A DNA stretch of 64,000 nt from Macrostomum lignano (Eukaryota): the NCBI GenBank assembly GCA_002269645.1, contig NIVC01000430.1, positions 124,001 to 188,000 of the forward strand, written 5' to 3'. This document shows, piece after piece, positions 50,527-62,789 of the stretch (the first letter of the stretch is position 1; each line of letters opens with the position of its first letter). Made by a program: the position numbers and the translations under genes. The notes under the pieces are model-generated. The model worked only from the letters and a program-made list of their open reading frames with translations. It searched no databases and had not been told where the DNA came from.

Positions 50527-53500
50527 ATGACGCTTGCAACAACTTGTCGTCGACTGCTGACTCCGGCGGCAACCGCCTTGCGTCGTTACTATTCGCCAAC
50601 TTCTGATTCGCCTCGCAATCGAGTCGCTATTCTGGGCGCCTGCGGCGGTCTCGGCCAGCCATTGTCACTAATAATGAAGCGCTCGGAATATATTGCCGAA
50701 TTGGCGCTATACGACAAAGTGGACACCGCCGGCTTGTGCGCCGATCTTAGTCACATCTCGACTAAGGCGGCGATCAAAGGCTACCAGGGTGGCGATCAGC
50801 TAGGCGACTGCCTGACTGGCTGCAGCGTGGTGGTCATGATTGCTGGGATTCGGAGGTGAGGTCGGCTAGATTAATAGAATTTTTACCATAGCTCGTCTAT
50901 GAACCATCCCTCCCAACAATCTCCTTATAGGACCCATTTATCAAGTACCCCAATCTCTCTCTATGACCCACTAATCAAACACGCCAATCTCTTTCTATGA
51001 CGCACTAATCAAACACCCCAATCTCCTTCTATGACCCATTTAGCCAACACCCCAATCTCCTTCTATGACCCATTTAGCCAACACCCCAATCTCCTTCTAT
51101 GACCCATTTAGCCAACACCCCAATCTCCTTCTATGACCCATTTAGCCAACACTCCAATCTCCTTCTATGACCCATTTAGCCAACACCCTAATCTCCTTCT
51201 ATGACCCATTTAGCCAACACTCCAATCTCCTTCTATGACCCATTTAGCCAACACCCTAATCTCCTTCTATGACCCATTTAGCCAACACTCCAATCTCCTT
51301 CTATGACCCATTTAGCCAACACCCCAATCTCCCTCTATGACCCATTTAGCCAACACCCTAATCTTCTTCTATGACCCATTTAGCCAACACCCCAATCTCT
51401 TTCTATGACGCACTAATCAAACACCCCAATCTCCTTCTATGACCCATTTAGCCAACACCCCAATCTCCTTCTATGACCCATTTAGCCAACACCCCAATCT
51501 CCTTCTATGACCCATTTAGCCAACACCCCAATCTCCTTCTATGACCCATTTAGCCAACACCCCAATCTCCTTCTATGACCCATTTAGCCAACACCCCAAT
51601 CTCCTTCTATGACCCATTTAGCCAACACCCCAATCTCCTTCTATGACCCATTTAGCCAACACCCCAATCTCCTTCTATGACCCATTTAGCCAACACCCCA
51701 ATCTTCTTCTTCTTCTTCTTCTAATATACTAAAAATGAAATGCTTGGTTGCTTGCTTGTAATTGATTTTCTCCCGAACGGCTCAACCGATTTTCTTCAAA
51801 CTTGCACCATTCGATCAGAAATTTTCCCGGGACGGTACATGCATATTGGCTAAGAAATTGCTCAATGTTAAAGGGATTAAATATTCGAAAAACATGATTT
51901 TTTGCAAAGGTCAAGCAGCTCTTTCGACCTGAAATGCATTGTAAGAATGCTAGAGAAAAACTGACTGGTTGAATTCTGATTCTGAAATAGATTGCATCAC
52001 AATACACTTTATTTATCGTCTGTGTACTGGCTGAATTTGACACTCAATTGAATTGCGTCACAGCTTTGAGGGTGAAAGTATAGTGCAGTACTGAATTTAT
52101 ATTACGTAACCATATTGTTAACTTTCATAGACACTGGTACTGACTTGCCTAAGAAATTGATTATGTCATAACTGCTTCGCGTGACTTTTTACTCTACCTG
52201 ACTTGGTGTGAGTGTTGAATTAATTATATAAGTGGTACAAATTCACTGATAACTTCGATGAGAGCTAGCCTAGAGCTGAGCAGACCAGACTGCTAATGCA
52301 GCGACCTGGGTTCGAATCTAAGTAGTTTAAAAGTAGTAGTGTAAAATTTTTTATTAAAAGCTTTTATTAAAGGACTAAATAAAAACACTTAGATTACTGC
52401 ACTCGATAAGCTAAGGATTATTGCTCTTGGCAAACCAAGGAATACTGCACTCGATAAGCCAAGGATTATTGCTCTTGGCAAACCAAGGATTACTGCACTC
52501 GATAAGCCATGGATTATTGCTATTAATAAACCAAGGATTACTGCACTCGATAAGCCAAGGATTATTGCTATTAATAAACCATGAATTACTGCACTCGATA
52601 AGCCAAGGATTATTGCTATTAATAAACCAAGGATTACTGCACTCATAAGCCATGGATTATTGCTATTAATAAACCAAGGATTACTGCACTCGATAAGCCA
52701 AGGATTATTGCTATTAATAAACCAAGGATTACTGCACTCGATAAGCCAAGGATTATTGCTATTAATAAACCAAGGATTACTGCACTCGATAAGCCAAGGA
52801 CTATTGCTATTAATAAACCAAGGATTACTGCACTCAATAAACCAAGGACTATTGCTCTTGGCAAACCAAGGATTACTGCACTCGATAAGCCAAGGACTAT
52901 TGCTCTTGGCAAACCAAGGATTACTGCACTCGATAAGCCATGGATTATTGCTATTAATAAACCAAGGATTACTGCACTCGATAAGCCAAGGATTATTGCT
53001 ATTAATAAACTAAGGATTACTGCACTCGATAAACCAAGGATTATTGCTATTAATAAACCAAGGATTATGCACTTGGCAAACCAAGGATTACTGCAATCGA
53101 TAAGCCAAGGATTATTGCTATTAATAAACCAAGCATTACTGCACTCAATAAACCAAGGACTATTGCTATTAATAAACCAAGGATTACTGCACTCAAAAAA
53201 CCAAGGACTATTGCTCTTGGCAAACCAAGGATTACTGCACTCGATAAGCCAAGGATTATTGCTATTAATAAACCAAGGATTACTGCACTCGATAAGCCAA
53301 GGATTATTGCTATTAATAAACCAAGGATTAATGCACTCGATAAACCAAGGATTATTGCTATTAATAAACCAAGGATTACTGCACTCGATAAGCCAAGGAT
53401 TATTGCTATTAATAAACCAAGGATTATGCACTTGGCAAACCAAGGATTACTGCACTCGATAAGCCAAGGATTATTGCTATTAATAAACCAAGGATTACTG

Positions 53501-56500
53501 CACTCAATAAACCAAGGACTATTGCTATTAATAAACCAAGGATTACTGCACTCAATAAACCAAGGACTATTGCTCTTGGCAAACCAAGGATTACTGCACT
53601 CGATAAGCCAAGGACTATTGCTCTTGGCAAACCAAGGATTACTGCACTCGATAAGCCATGGATTATTGCTATTAATAAACCAAGGATTACTGCACTCGAT
53701 AAGCCAAGGATTATTGCTATTAATAAACCAAGGATTACTGCACTCGATAAACCAAGGATTATGCACTTGGCAAACCAAGGATTACTGCACTCGATAAGCC
53801 AAGGATTATTGCTATTAATAAACCAAGGATTACTGCACTCAATAAACCAAGGACTATTGCTATTAATAAACCAAGGATTACTGCACTCAATAAACCAAGG
53901 ACTATTGCTCTTGGCAAACCAAGGATTACTGCACTCGATAAGCCAAGGACTATTGCTCTTGGCAAACCAAGGATTACTGCACTCGATAAGCCATGGATTA
54001 TTGCTATTAATAAACCAAGGATTACTGCACTCGATAAGCCAAGGATTATTGCTATTAATAAACCAAGGATTACTGCACTCGATAAACCAAGGATTATTGC
54101 TATTAATAAACCAAGGATTATGCACTTGGCAAACCAAGGATTACTGCACTCGATAAGCCAAGGATTATTGCTATTAATAAACCAAGGATTACTGCACTCG
54201 ATAAGGCATGGATTATTGCTATTAATAAACCAAGGATTACTGCACTCGATAAGCCAAGGATTATTGCTATTAATAAACCATGAATTACTGCACTCGATAA
54301 GCCAAGGATTATTGCTATTAATAAACCAAGGATTACTGCACTCGATAAGCCATGGATTATTGCTATTAATAAACCAAGGATTACTGCACTCGATAGCCAA
54401 GGATTACTGCGCTTGATAAGCTTGGCTACATGTATAGGATTATTTCTATCCAGGGATGCTTGCTATTTAGGGATTCTTGCTATGTGCAGGATGCTTGCTA
54501 TCTGGAAGGATGATTCTACATTATTTGGGGTATGCTTGCTATCTGCAAGATGCTTGCTATCTGCAAGATGCTTGCTATCTGCAGATGCTTGCTATCTGGG
54601 TGGATGCTTGCTAGGAGTATTAGGGGATGCTTGCTACTGGGGGGATGCTTGCTGTCTTGGGAATATTTTCTATTTAGGGGTAATGACTAAAATTCATGAG
54701 AGCTAGCCTAGAGGTAAACAGACTAAACTGCTAAATGCAGGGACGATGGTTCGAATTTTTAGAGAGTAGAGTTTTTTTAATTAAAGCCTTTTAACGCCAA
54801 GACAAAAAAAATTATGGAAGCGTCATGTAAACAATCATACAAGCGTCATGTAAACAATCATAGAAGCGTCATGTAAACAATCATAGAAGCGTCATGTAAA
54901 AATCATAGAAGCGTCATGTAAAAATCATAGAAGCGTAATGTAAACAATCATAGAAGCGTCATGTTAAAATCATAAAAGCGTCATGTAAACAATCATACAA
55001 GCGTCATGTAAACAATCATAGAAGCGTCATGTAAAAAAATCATAGAAGCGTCATGTTAAAATCATAAAAGCGTCATAAAAAATCATAGAAGCGTCATGCA
55101 AGCAATCATAGAAGCGTAATGTAAACAATCATAGAAGCGTCATGTTAAAATCATACAAGCGTCATGTAAACAATCATACAAGCGTCATGTAAACAATCAT
55201 AGAAGCGTCATGTAAAAAAATCGTAGAAGCGTCATGTTAAAATCATAGAAGCGTCATGTAAAAATCATAGAAGCGTCATGTAAAAATCATAGAAGCGTCA
55301 TGTAAAAAATCATAGAAGCGTCATGTAAAAATCATACAAGCGTCATGTAAAAAATCATAGAAGCGTCATGTAAAAATCATAGAAGCGTCATGTAAAAAAT
55401 CATAGAAGCGTCATGTAAAAATCATACAAGCGTCATGTAAACAAGCATAGAAGCGTCATGAAAAAATTATAGAAGCCTCATATAAAAACTAATGAAAGTG
55501 TGTCATTTAAAAAATTAAGAAGCATCATGGAAGAATAAAAGAAGCGTAACGTAAAAATCAAAAGAAGCGTCATGTCAGACATGAAAGAAATGTCATATAA
55601 AAATTAAATGAAGCTATAGTACAGTGCTGTGCTGGGGAGAATTACTGAGACGTCAAGGCTCACAGAGAATAACTGAGATTACAGGGGGTTTCTGAGATGT
55701 TAAAGCAAAAGTCAGAAGCTACTTCAAAGTACATGTACTTTACTTAAGTTTTTTATTGCACACGGCTTGCCACGGTGGGGGGGGGGCGCTGATAGAAGAA
55801 GAGTCATGTAAAAATAAAAGGAGCACTATGTATACATAAAATAAAAGTCATGTCAAAGTTAAAAGATTCATTTGGGAATTGCTACGATGTCAAAGCTTGG
55901 AGGGAATCGTTATAGTGCTGTGATTCTTAAAGAAGGAATCACTTAAATGCCAAGGCTTAGGGAAGAAGAATTGCTGTGATTTCAAGGCTTTAGGTTGGGT
56001 GAAAGTTAGGTTTACGTCAGGTTTGGGTTGAGGGTTAGATTTTAGCGCGTTTCAAGGTTAACAGGGGATTTTTTAGATTTCAAGGTTTATGGGGGCATCG
56101 CTGACATGTCAAGGCTTACGAGGGGAATCTATCTATCTATCTATAGCTGAGATGTCAAGGCTCACGGGGGAATAAATGAGATGTCAAGGCTAATGTCAGA
56201 AGCTACATGTAGTTTATTGGAAAAAAGTTATTACATTATTTGTTGGCTCCTCACGGGAGGGATCGCTGATAGAAAAAGCGTAATGTAAAAAAAAAGAAGC
56301 TTCATGTCAAAGTTAAGAGATTCATTTGGGAATCCCTACGATGTCGAGGCTTGCAGGGAATCGCTATAATGCTGTAGTAGTGCTATAGACTCTTAGAGAG
56401 AATTACTGAAATTTCAATGCTTTAGGGTTAGGGTTAGGGTTAGGGTTAGGGTTAGAAAATAGACAGATTTTTTAAGATTTCAAGGCTTGTGGGAGCATTG

Positions 56501-59158
56501 CTGAGATGTCAAGGGGGGAGTTGATATGTTAAGGCTTGTGGGGGGGGGATTGCTGACATGTCAAGGCTTACAAGGGTACTGGTAGCGTACTGAAGCATAC
56601 TGGTAGAAGTAGCTCTGAAAGAAGGCAAGTATGGTTGAATTTCAATGTCTGTTATAAAATTCTGCACAAACATGTTTTATTGGTACATAAGCCTGGAATT
56701 AAAATGAGAATTCGATTCCTAGCCCCCCTCCCTAAGAATTTTTTTCATTTAAAAGGATTCGTCCCTTGCTTATTGGCCACCCCGAAGGCCATTTTTTATC
56801 AAAAATGATAAAAATAATTTTTATCAAACACGTTGACATATACAGGGCTCTAAACTAAAAACTGTAAAAAGTTGATAGTTTTGTTTTACCTAAAATGCGT
56901 TATTAACGGTCTCCAAAAATTCCTATTTTAAGCTTAAGCTTAAGAAAAACACTTAAAGTACTCCTGCTAAAAGGTATATTATATTAGACGAATATTAATT
57001 ATTTCTGCTCCCCGAAGGGGGGCAAAACTTTAGCTAGTCTCCTTCTATGACCCATTTAGCCAACACCCTAATCTCCTTCTATGACCCATTTAGCCAACAC
57101 CTCAATCTCCTTCTATGACCCATTTAGCCAACACCCCAATCTCCTTCTATGACCCATTTAGCCAACACCCCAATCTCCTTCTATGACCCATTTAGCCAAC
57201 ACCCCAATCTCCTTCTATGACCCATTTAGCCAACACCCCAATCTCCTTCTATGACCCCGTCCCCTTCCACAAAAATCGCAATCTAATTATCTAACACGCG
57301 TAAATGAATTATTGAAGTGTGAAATCCCAACTCTACCACCTGATATCACATCGCACCCCTGTCAGGCAGCCGGGCATGCACCGTGACAGCCTATTCCAAC
57401 AGAACGCCACCATTGTTGCCGAGCTAACAGACGCCGTTGCTAAGCACTGCCCGAAGGCCCAGCTGTGCATACTCACCAATCCTATTAATAGCAACGTGCC
57501 CCTAGCTGCCGAGATTCTCAAGCACCGAGGGGTGCACGACCCGCGTCGGCTGTACGGCATCACCACTGTTGACTCTGTGCGAGCTGACGTAGTCTATGCC
57601 AAGTTAACTGGTCACCCGCTCGACAAGGTTTGAGCATGGGAATTTATTAGGGATCTATCATCTTCATCAATGTCCTCTGAAGCTTCCTCTAGGAGCAGTG
57701 AAATCCCATTCCTGATTTCATTATCTTCATCTCGACCCAGCTTCCTGCTGTGAGCAGTTGAGATCCCATCTATCTGCCTCATCTTCATCTCTATTCGATC
57801 CCTTCAGCTTCCTGCTGTGAGCAGTTGAGATCCCATCTATCTGCCTCATCTTAATCTCGATCTCGATCCCTTCAGCTTCCTCTGTGAGCAGTTGAAATCC
57901 CATCTATCTGCCTCATCTTAATCTCGATCTCGATCCCTTCAGCTTCCTCTGTGAGCAGTTGAAATCCCATCTATCTGCCTCATCTTAATCTCGATCTCGA
58001 TCCCTTCAGCTTCCTCTGTGAGCAGTTGAAATCCCATCTATCTGCCTCATCTTAATCTCGATCTCGATCCCTTCAGCTTCCTCTGTGAGCAGTTGAGATC
58101 CCATCTATCTGCCTCATCTTCATCTCTATTCGATCCCTTCAGCTTCCTCCGTGAGAAGTTGAAATCCTATCTATCTGCCTCATCTTAATCTCGATCTCGA
58201 TCCCTTCAGCTTCCTCTGTGAGCAGTTGAGATCCCATCTATCTGCCTCATCTTAATCTCGATCTCGATCCCTTCAGCTTCCTCTGTGAGAAGTTGAAATC
58301 CTATCTATCTGCCTCATCTTTATCGCGATCCAGTTCAGCTTCCTCTGTGAGCAGTTGAAATCACATCTATCTGCCTCATCTTAATCTCGATCCCTTCAGC
58401 TTCCTCTGTGAGCAGTTGAAATCCCATCTATCTGCCTCATCTTCATTCTAATCCCTTCCCAGCTTCCTCTGTGAGCAGTTGAGATCCCATCTATCTGCCT
58501 CATCTCCATTCTAATCCCTTCCAGCTTCCTCTGTGAGCAGTTGAGATCCCATCTATCTGCCTCATCTTCATTCTAATCCCTTCCAGCTTCCTCTGTAAGC
58601 AATTGAAGCTCCATCCCCCTTATCTTCATCCCAATCCAGCTTCCTGTGTTCCGGGAGATCTCATCTACATCATTCAATTCAGAGATCCCCTAACCCTCAA
58701 TCCAGGTGAGCGTGCCCGTACTAGGCGGTCACAGCGGCCACAGTCTGGTGCCGGCCTTCAGCCAGGCCCAGCCACCCAGCCGCCTGTCACCCGAGGATGT
58801 CCGCCGCCTCACTGAATCCGTACGCGGCGCCGCCGACGCTATCGTCGCTGTGAAAGCCGGCGGCGGTTCGGCGACGCTCTCCGTAGCCGCCGCCGCTCAT
58901 CGTTTCGTCAACTCGGTGCTGCTAGCCCTGGACGGCCGGCAGAACATTATTGAATCGGCTTTTGTCGAGTCCGACGCCATGCCCGACCTGCCATTCTTCT
59001 CCTGCCCGTTGCTGCTTGGCCAGAACGGCGTCGAACGAAATTTAGGCGTCGGCCAGCTGTCCGAGTACGAGGCCGAACTGATGAAAGCGGCCGTGGCCGA
59101 GCTTCGAGTCCAGATAGAAAAGGGCCAGGAATTTGGCTTGGCCTGGGCAAAGCGATGA
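50527..59158 (+). CDS. MDH2: Mitochondrial-type malate dehydrogenase, divergent; exons 50527-50855, 57366-57627, 58706-59158 (347 aa)
   Basis: Arg-rich transit-like N-terminus; VAILGACGGLGQPLS; LYD; ADLSHI; AGIRRQPGMHRDSLF; TNPINS; TVDSVRA; GGHSG; KAGGGSATLS; LGQNGVE..LG.GQLSEYE. Junctions AG|gtgag...cag|G and AAG|gtttga...cag|GTG keep frame. Confidence 0.93.
50930..51701. repeat. 34-bp minisatellite (CTATGACCCATTTAGCCAACACCCCAATCTCCTT), left half; continues at 57038-57257
   Basis: The same unit resumes in register after the Helitron. Confidence 0.95.
52388..54415. repeat. 48-bp minisatellite (GATTACTGCACTCGATAAGCCAAGGATTATTGCTATTAATAAACCAAG) with 335-359-bp higher-order units, inside the Helitron
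   Basis: Directly visible; variant GATTATGCACTTGG recurs near 53063, 53422, 53757 and 54116. Confidence 0.95.
54790..55460. repeat. 22-23-bp minisatellite (AGAAGCGTCATGTAAAAATCAT) inside the Helitron
   Basis: Directly visible. Confidence 0.92.
56422..56455 (+). repeat. Interstitial telomere-type repeat (TTAGGG)5-TTAG inside the Helitron
   Basis: Directly visible. Confidence 0.9.
57038..57257. repeat. 34-bp minisatellite, right half of the array split by the Helitron
   Basis: Same unit as 50930-51701. Confidence 0.95.
57735..58640. repeat. About 67-bp minisatellite filling MDH intron 2
   Basis: Period 67 (57873 and 57940). Confidence 0.93.
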
Positions 59159-59324
59159 TTTATTTATATATTTATGAATATACATATTGATTTAGTTTAG
59201 ATCTAATTTTCATAGTCTAGCGGGTGCGGTGATTGAACTAATAAATCCATACATTCGCCCGTGTGTAAATTCTAGACTGAATGAACTGAGCTAGACCGAC
59301 TCCTGCTCTCATTCTGCCCCTCCC

Positions 59325-60115
59325 GCCAATCTCTCCCTTACCCCTCACCCCCACTCTGTCTCCCTTACCCCTCACCCCCACTCTGTCTCCCTTACCCCTC
59401 ACCCCCACTCTGTCTCCCTTACCCCTCACCCCCACTCTGTCCCCCTTACCCCTCACCCCCACTCTGTCTCCCTTACCCCTCACCCCCACTCTGTCTCCCT
59501 TACCCCTCACCCCCACTCTGTCTCCCTTACCCCTCACCCCACTCTGTCTCCCTTACCCCTCACCCCCACTCTGTCCCCCTTACCCCTCACCCCCACTCTG
59601 TCTCCCTTACCCCTCACCCCCACTCTGTCTCCCTTACCCCTCACCCCACTGTCCCCTTACCCCTCACCCCCACTCTGTCCCCCTTACCCCTCACCCCCAC
59701 TCTGTCCCCCTTACCCCTCACCCCCACTCTGTCTCCCTTACCCCTCACCCCCACTCTGTCCCCCTTACCCCTCACCCCCACTCTGTCTCCCTTACCCCTC
59801 ACCCCACTGTCCCCCTTACCCCTCACCCCCACTCTGTCCCCCTTACCCTCACCCCCACTCTGTCTCCCTTACCCCTCACCCCCACTCTGTCCCCCTTACC
59901 CCTCACCCCCACTCTTTCCCCCTTACCCCTCACCCCCACTCTGTCCCCCTTACCCCTCACCCCCACTCTGTCTCCCTTACCCCTCACCCCACTGTCTCCC
60001 TTACCCCTCACCCCACTGTCTCCCTTACCCCTCACCCCCACTCCGTCTCCCTTACCCCTCACCCCCACTCCGTCTCCCTTACCCCTCACCCCCACTCCGT
60101 CTCCCTTACCCCTCA
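59325..60115. repeat. 27-bp C-rich minisatellite (CTTACCCCTCACCCCCACTCTGTCTCC)
   Basis: Directly visible. Confidence 0.95.
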
Positions 60116-60934
60116 ATCTGGCACCAATATCATCCCAGTGTCGCTATTTAGAATTAAATTACGTGCTTGAACAGAATTTGTCAATGAAGCCAACGACTTA
60201 TTTTTCTTTTAAGCTTTTCAACACGAATTAATCCGATGGGGTAAAGAATTTCATAAATTATAATAGTTATTTTAGCTCAACATCCATTTCGTACAAGTTT
60301 TTTTGCTGCTTTGAAATCGTCGGCCCCCTTTTATTTTCTCAGTGGTTCGATTCAAAAATATGTTTACTTTAATTATCTCACTTCTCCCTTATCTAACTAC
60401 CTAGCTACTGCAGTGACTCATAATAATGCCGCCTTTATCTGTTATAATCAACTATATTCTCCAACTGCTAACAGTGGTGTGTGTGTGTGTGTATTCACCG
60501 TCAAAAAAATTTATGGGGCTAATTCGTGTGATCTGTGAACATTAAAAACTCAACTGTTTACTATTTTATAAGGTTTTCATGTTCTGCGACTTACTACTAA
60601 CTTGATAACCGTAGTAAGTAGCAAGCTCCGCTTCAGGTTACGTCTTCTGTCAGTTTAAAAAACACGGCATTAGTAGCAACAATTTTAAATCAATCTATCT
60701 TTGAACAGCCTGGCAACGAGTTTGTTTATCTTAGATACGGTGCATTTTTAAATCAGTCTAAAATGTACCAGCTTGTTCAAGGTATTGTGACCCAAACAGT
60801 TGGCCCCAAATACACATGTAATGAATTGTATTAGAAACATTGAGATGTCATGTCTCTCCGTTGCAGTAGCGACCCACTTTTTGTCTACTTTTTTTCTCAA
60901 TTCACCAGCGCAATAAGCCGCCAGTATCAATTAA

Positions 60935-61640
60935 AATACTCCCTCTACCAGTTAGGAATCTCCCTCAGCCAATTAAAAATCTCACACTGCCAGTTAAGAA
61001 TCTCACACTGCCAGTTAAGAATCTCACTGCCAGTTAAGAATCTCACACTGCCAGTTAAGAATCTCACACTGCCAGTTAAGAATCTCCCTCAGCCAATTAA
61101 AAATCTCACACTGCCAGTTAAGAATCTCACACTGCCAGTTAGGAATCTCACACTGCCAGTTAAGAATCTCACACTGCCAGTTAAGAATCTCACACTGCCA
61201 GTTAAGAATCTCACACTGCCAGTTAAGAATCTCACACTGCCAGTTAAGAATCTCCCTCAGCCAATTAAAAATCTCACACTGCCAGTTAAGAATCTCCCTC
61301 AGCCAATTAAAAATCTCACACTGCCAGTTAAGAATCTCCCTCTGTCAATTAAGAATCTGCCTCTGCCAGTCAAGAATCTCCCTCTGCCACTTAAGAATCT
61401 CCCTCTGTCAATTAAGAATCTCCCTCTGCCAGTCAAGAATCTCCCTCTGCCACTTAAGAATCTCCCTCTGTCAATTAAGAATGTCCCTCTGCCAGTTAAG
61501 AATCTCCCTATGCCAGTTAAGAATCTCCCTGTCAATTAAGAATCTCCCTCTGCCACTTAAGAATCTCCCTCTGCCAGTTAAGAATCTCCCTCTGCCAGTC
61601 AAGAATCTCCCTGTCAATTAAGAATCTCCCTCTGACAGTT
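60935..61640. repeat. 21-bp minisatellite (AAGAATCTCACACTGCCAGTT)
   Basis: Directly visible. Confidence 0.94.
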
Positions 61641-61964
61641 AAGAAGATCTCTACTACTGATCAATATACTTATCTAAGAATCGCCCCCAACGCCAGTCCA
61701 AGCATCGCCCCAATGCCAGTCCAAGTTTCGGTTCAATGTATTTTTTCACGTATATGCATAGACGTTTAGTCGGAAAAGCTGTGAAAAAGTACAAGTTGTT
61801 TGAATTCGTTACAAAAATCACTCAATTTTGAGCGCTAAAACGGTCACCTTAAGATGTGTAAAATCATTTGTTTCTTTTTTTCCAGGTATCAATTGTTATT
61901 GGCGATTAGGCAATGCACTTTAAACGCGCGGTTGCCTATAGCTCTCCCACGTCCGAAATTCGAG

Positions 61965-62789
61965 TTAAACGAGCGGGTCGGAGCACTGGCAGACCACCGG
62001 GAAGCTGTCCGTGTCCGGATAGTCGGACAGCTTGCGCTGAAGCAGCACGCCGGCATTCTCGGCGGCCAAATTGTTGTTCGGCTGGTCGGCGTCCCACACG
62101 GCCGACCAAACTGGCAGCCGCGGCGGGCTGGGACCAGCGCAGGGATGCCAGTGCCAGCCGCCGGCAGGCTCCGAGGAGTTTGGCAGCTGGACGGCGCCAG
62201 TCCAAACCGGGTTGCCGATGGCGCCGCCGTAGATGACCAACGCCGATTCGATGTCGTCGTCGTTGTCCAGCTGGGCCGGTCTGGTCAACTCGCCGTCAGC
62301 TAAGCACCTGGCCGCCTGCGTGGACCAGTTTCCAACGGAGGTGTATAGTTTGTACTTGTAGCCATGGTAACCGCCGGTCGTGTTAGCGGCTACTCGATAA
62401 TCAGGCGGGCAGGTCGCGCCGGCTCGAATGTACACGGTGACGTTGATGGCGTCAGTGGGCACCTCACCGACTGTGCAGTTTGATCTGCGGACTGCGGCGC
62501 TGCAGCGGCTCCACGCGTAGAGGCTGCACCGACCGCGGGCGGCATCGAAACTGAACGCCCTACAATCGGCCTGCGCTGAGCAGGCCACGGCGCAGGGTCG
62601 CTCGTCGGAGTAGACAGCCGCCAGCCGTCTGATGTACTCGGAGGCCACGCACAGCAACGGCAGACGGACGGGGCTGTAGATTTTGCCGCCGGCATCGCGG
62701 CTGTTGCAGCTGCTGGCTGTTTCCATGGCAACTAAAGTCGCTAGTAGAGCGGTAAGCATTAGCGACATTTTTAACGATGACGCTCTCAT
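61965..62789 (-). CDS. Secreted PAN/apple plus C-type lectin-like domain protein (274 aa), intronless
   Basis: Signal peptide (MSLMLTALLATLVAMETASS); PAN-like CAVAC..QADCRAFSF...RCSLY; CTLD-like CPPDY...YKLY....W..Q..RC...PAQL...VWTG...GGWHW...W..DQPNN...LSD...VVCQ; GC-rich coding composition. Confidence 0.85.
   Translation of the reverse strand: MRASSLKMSLMLTALLATLVAMETASSCNSRDAGGKIYSPVRLPLLCVASEYIRRLAAVYSDERPCAVACSAQADCRAFSFDAARGRCSLYAWSRCSAAVRRSNCTVGEVPTDAINVTVYIRAGATCPPDYRVAANTTGGYHGYKYKLYTSVGNWSTQAARCLADGELTRPAQLDNDDDIESALVIYGGAIGNPVWTGAVQLPNSSEPAGGWHWHPCAGPSPPRLPVWSAVWDADQPNNNLAAENAGVLLQRKLSDYPDTDSFPVVCQCSDPLV

Larger units (their letters stand above)
51702..57037 (+). mobile_element. 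Non-autonomous Helitron, 5336 bp, in MDH intron 1
   Basis: Inserted between A51701 and T57038 with no TSD (flanks rejoin to a perfect satellite unit); 5' TC then TAATATACTAAAAATG...AACGGCTCAACCGATTTT; 3' hairpin GCTCCCC-GAA-GGGGGGC (57007-57023) 10 nt before the terminal CTAG (57034-57037); no RepHel ORF. Confidence 0.88.

Noticed and set aside
52389-54400. Multiple 120-270-aa ORFs on both strands (LLLINQGLLHSISQG / SNPWFINSN)
   Set aside because: The 48-bp unit is a multiple of 3 and lacks stops in some frames; these are satellite artefacts inside the Helitron.
60850-61539. 229-aa PVKNLTL heptad-repeat ORF as a structural protein
   Set aside because: It coincides with the 21-bp minisatellite, whose variants include non-synonymous changes and indels; no signal peptide or flanking gene structure.
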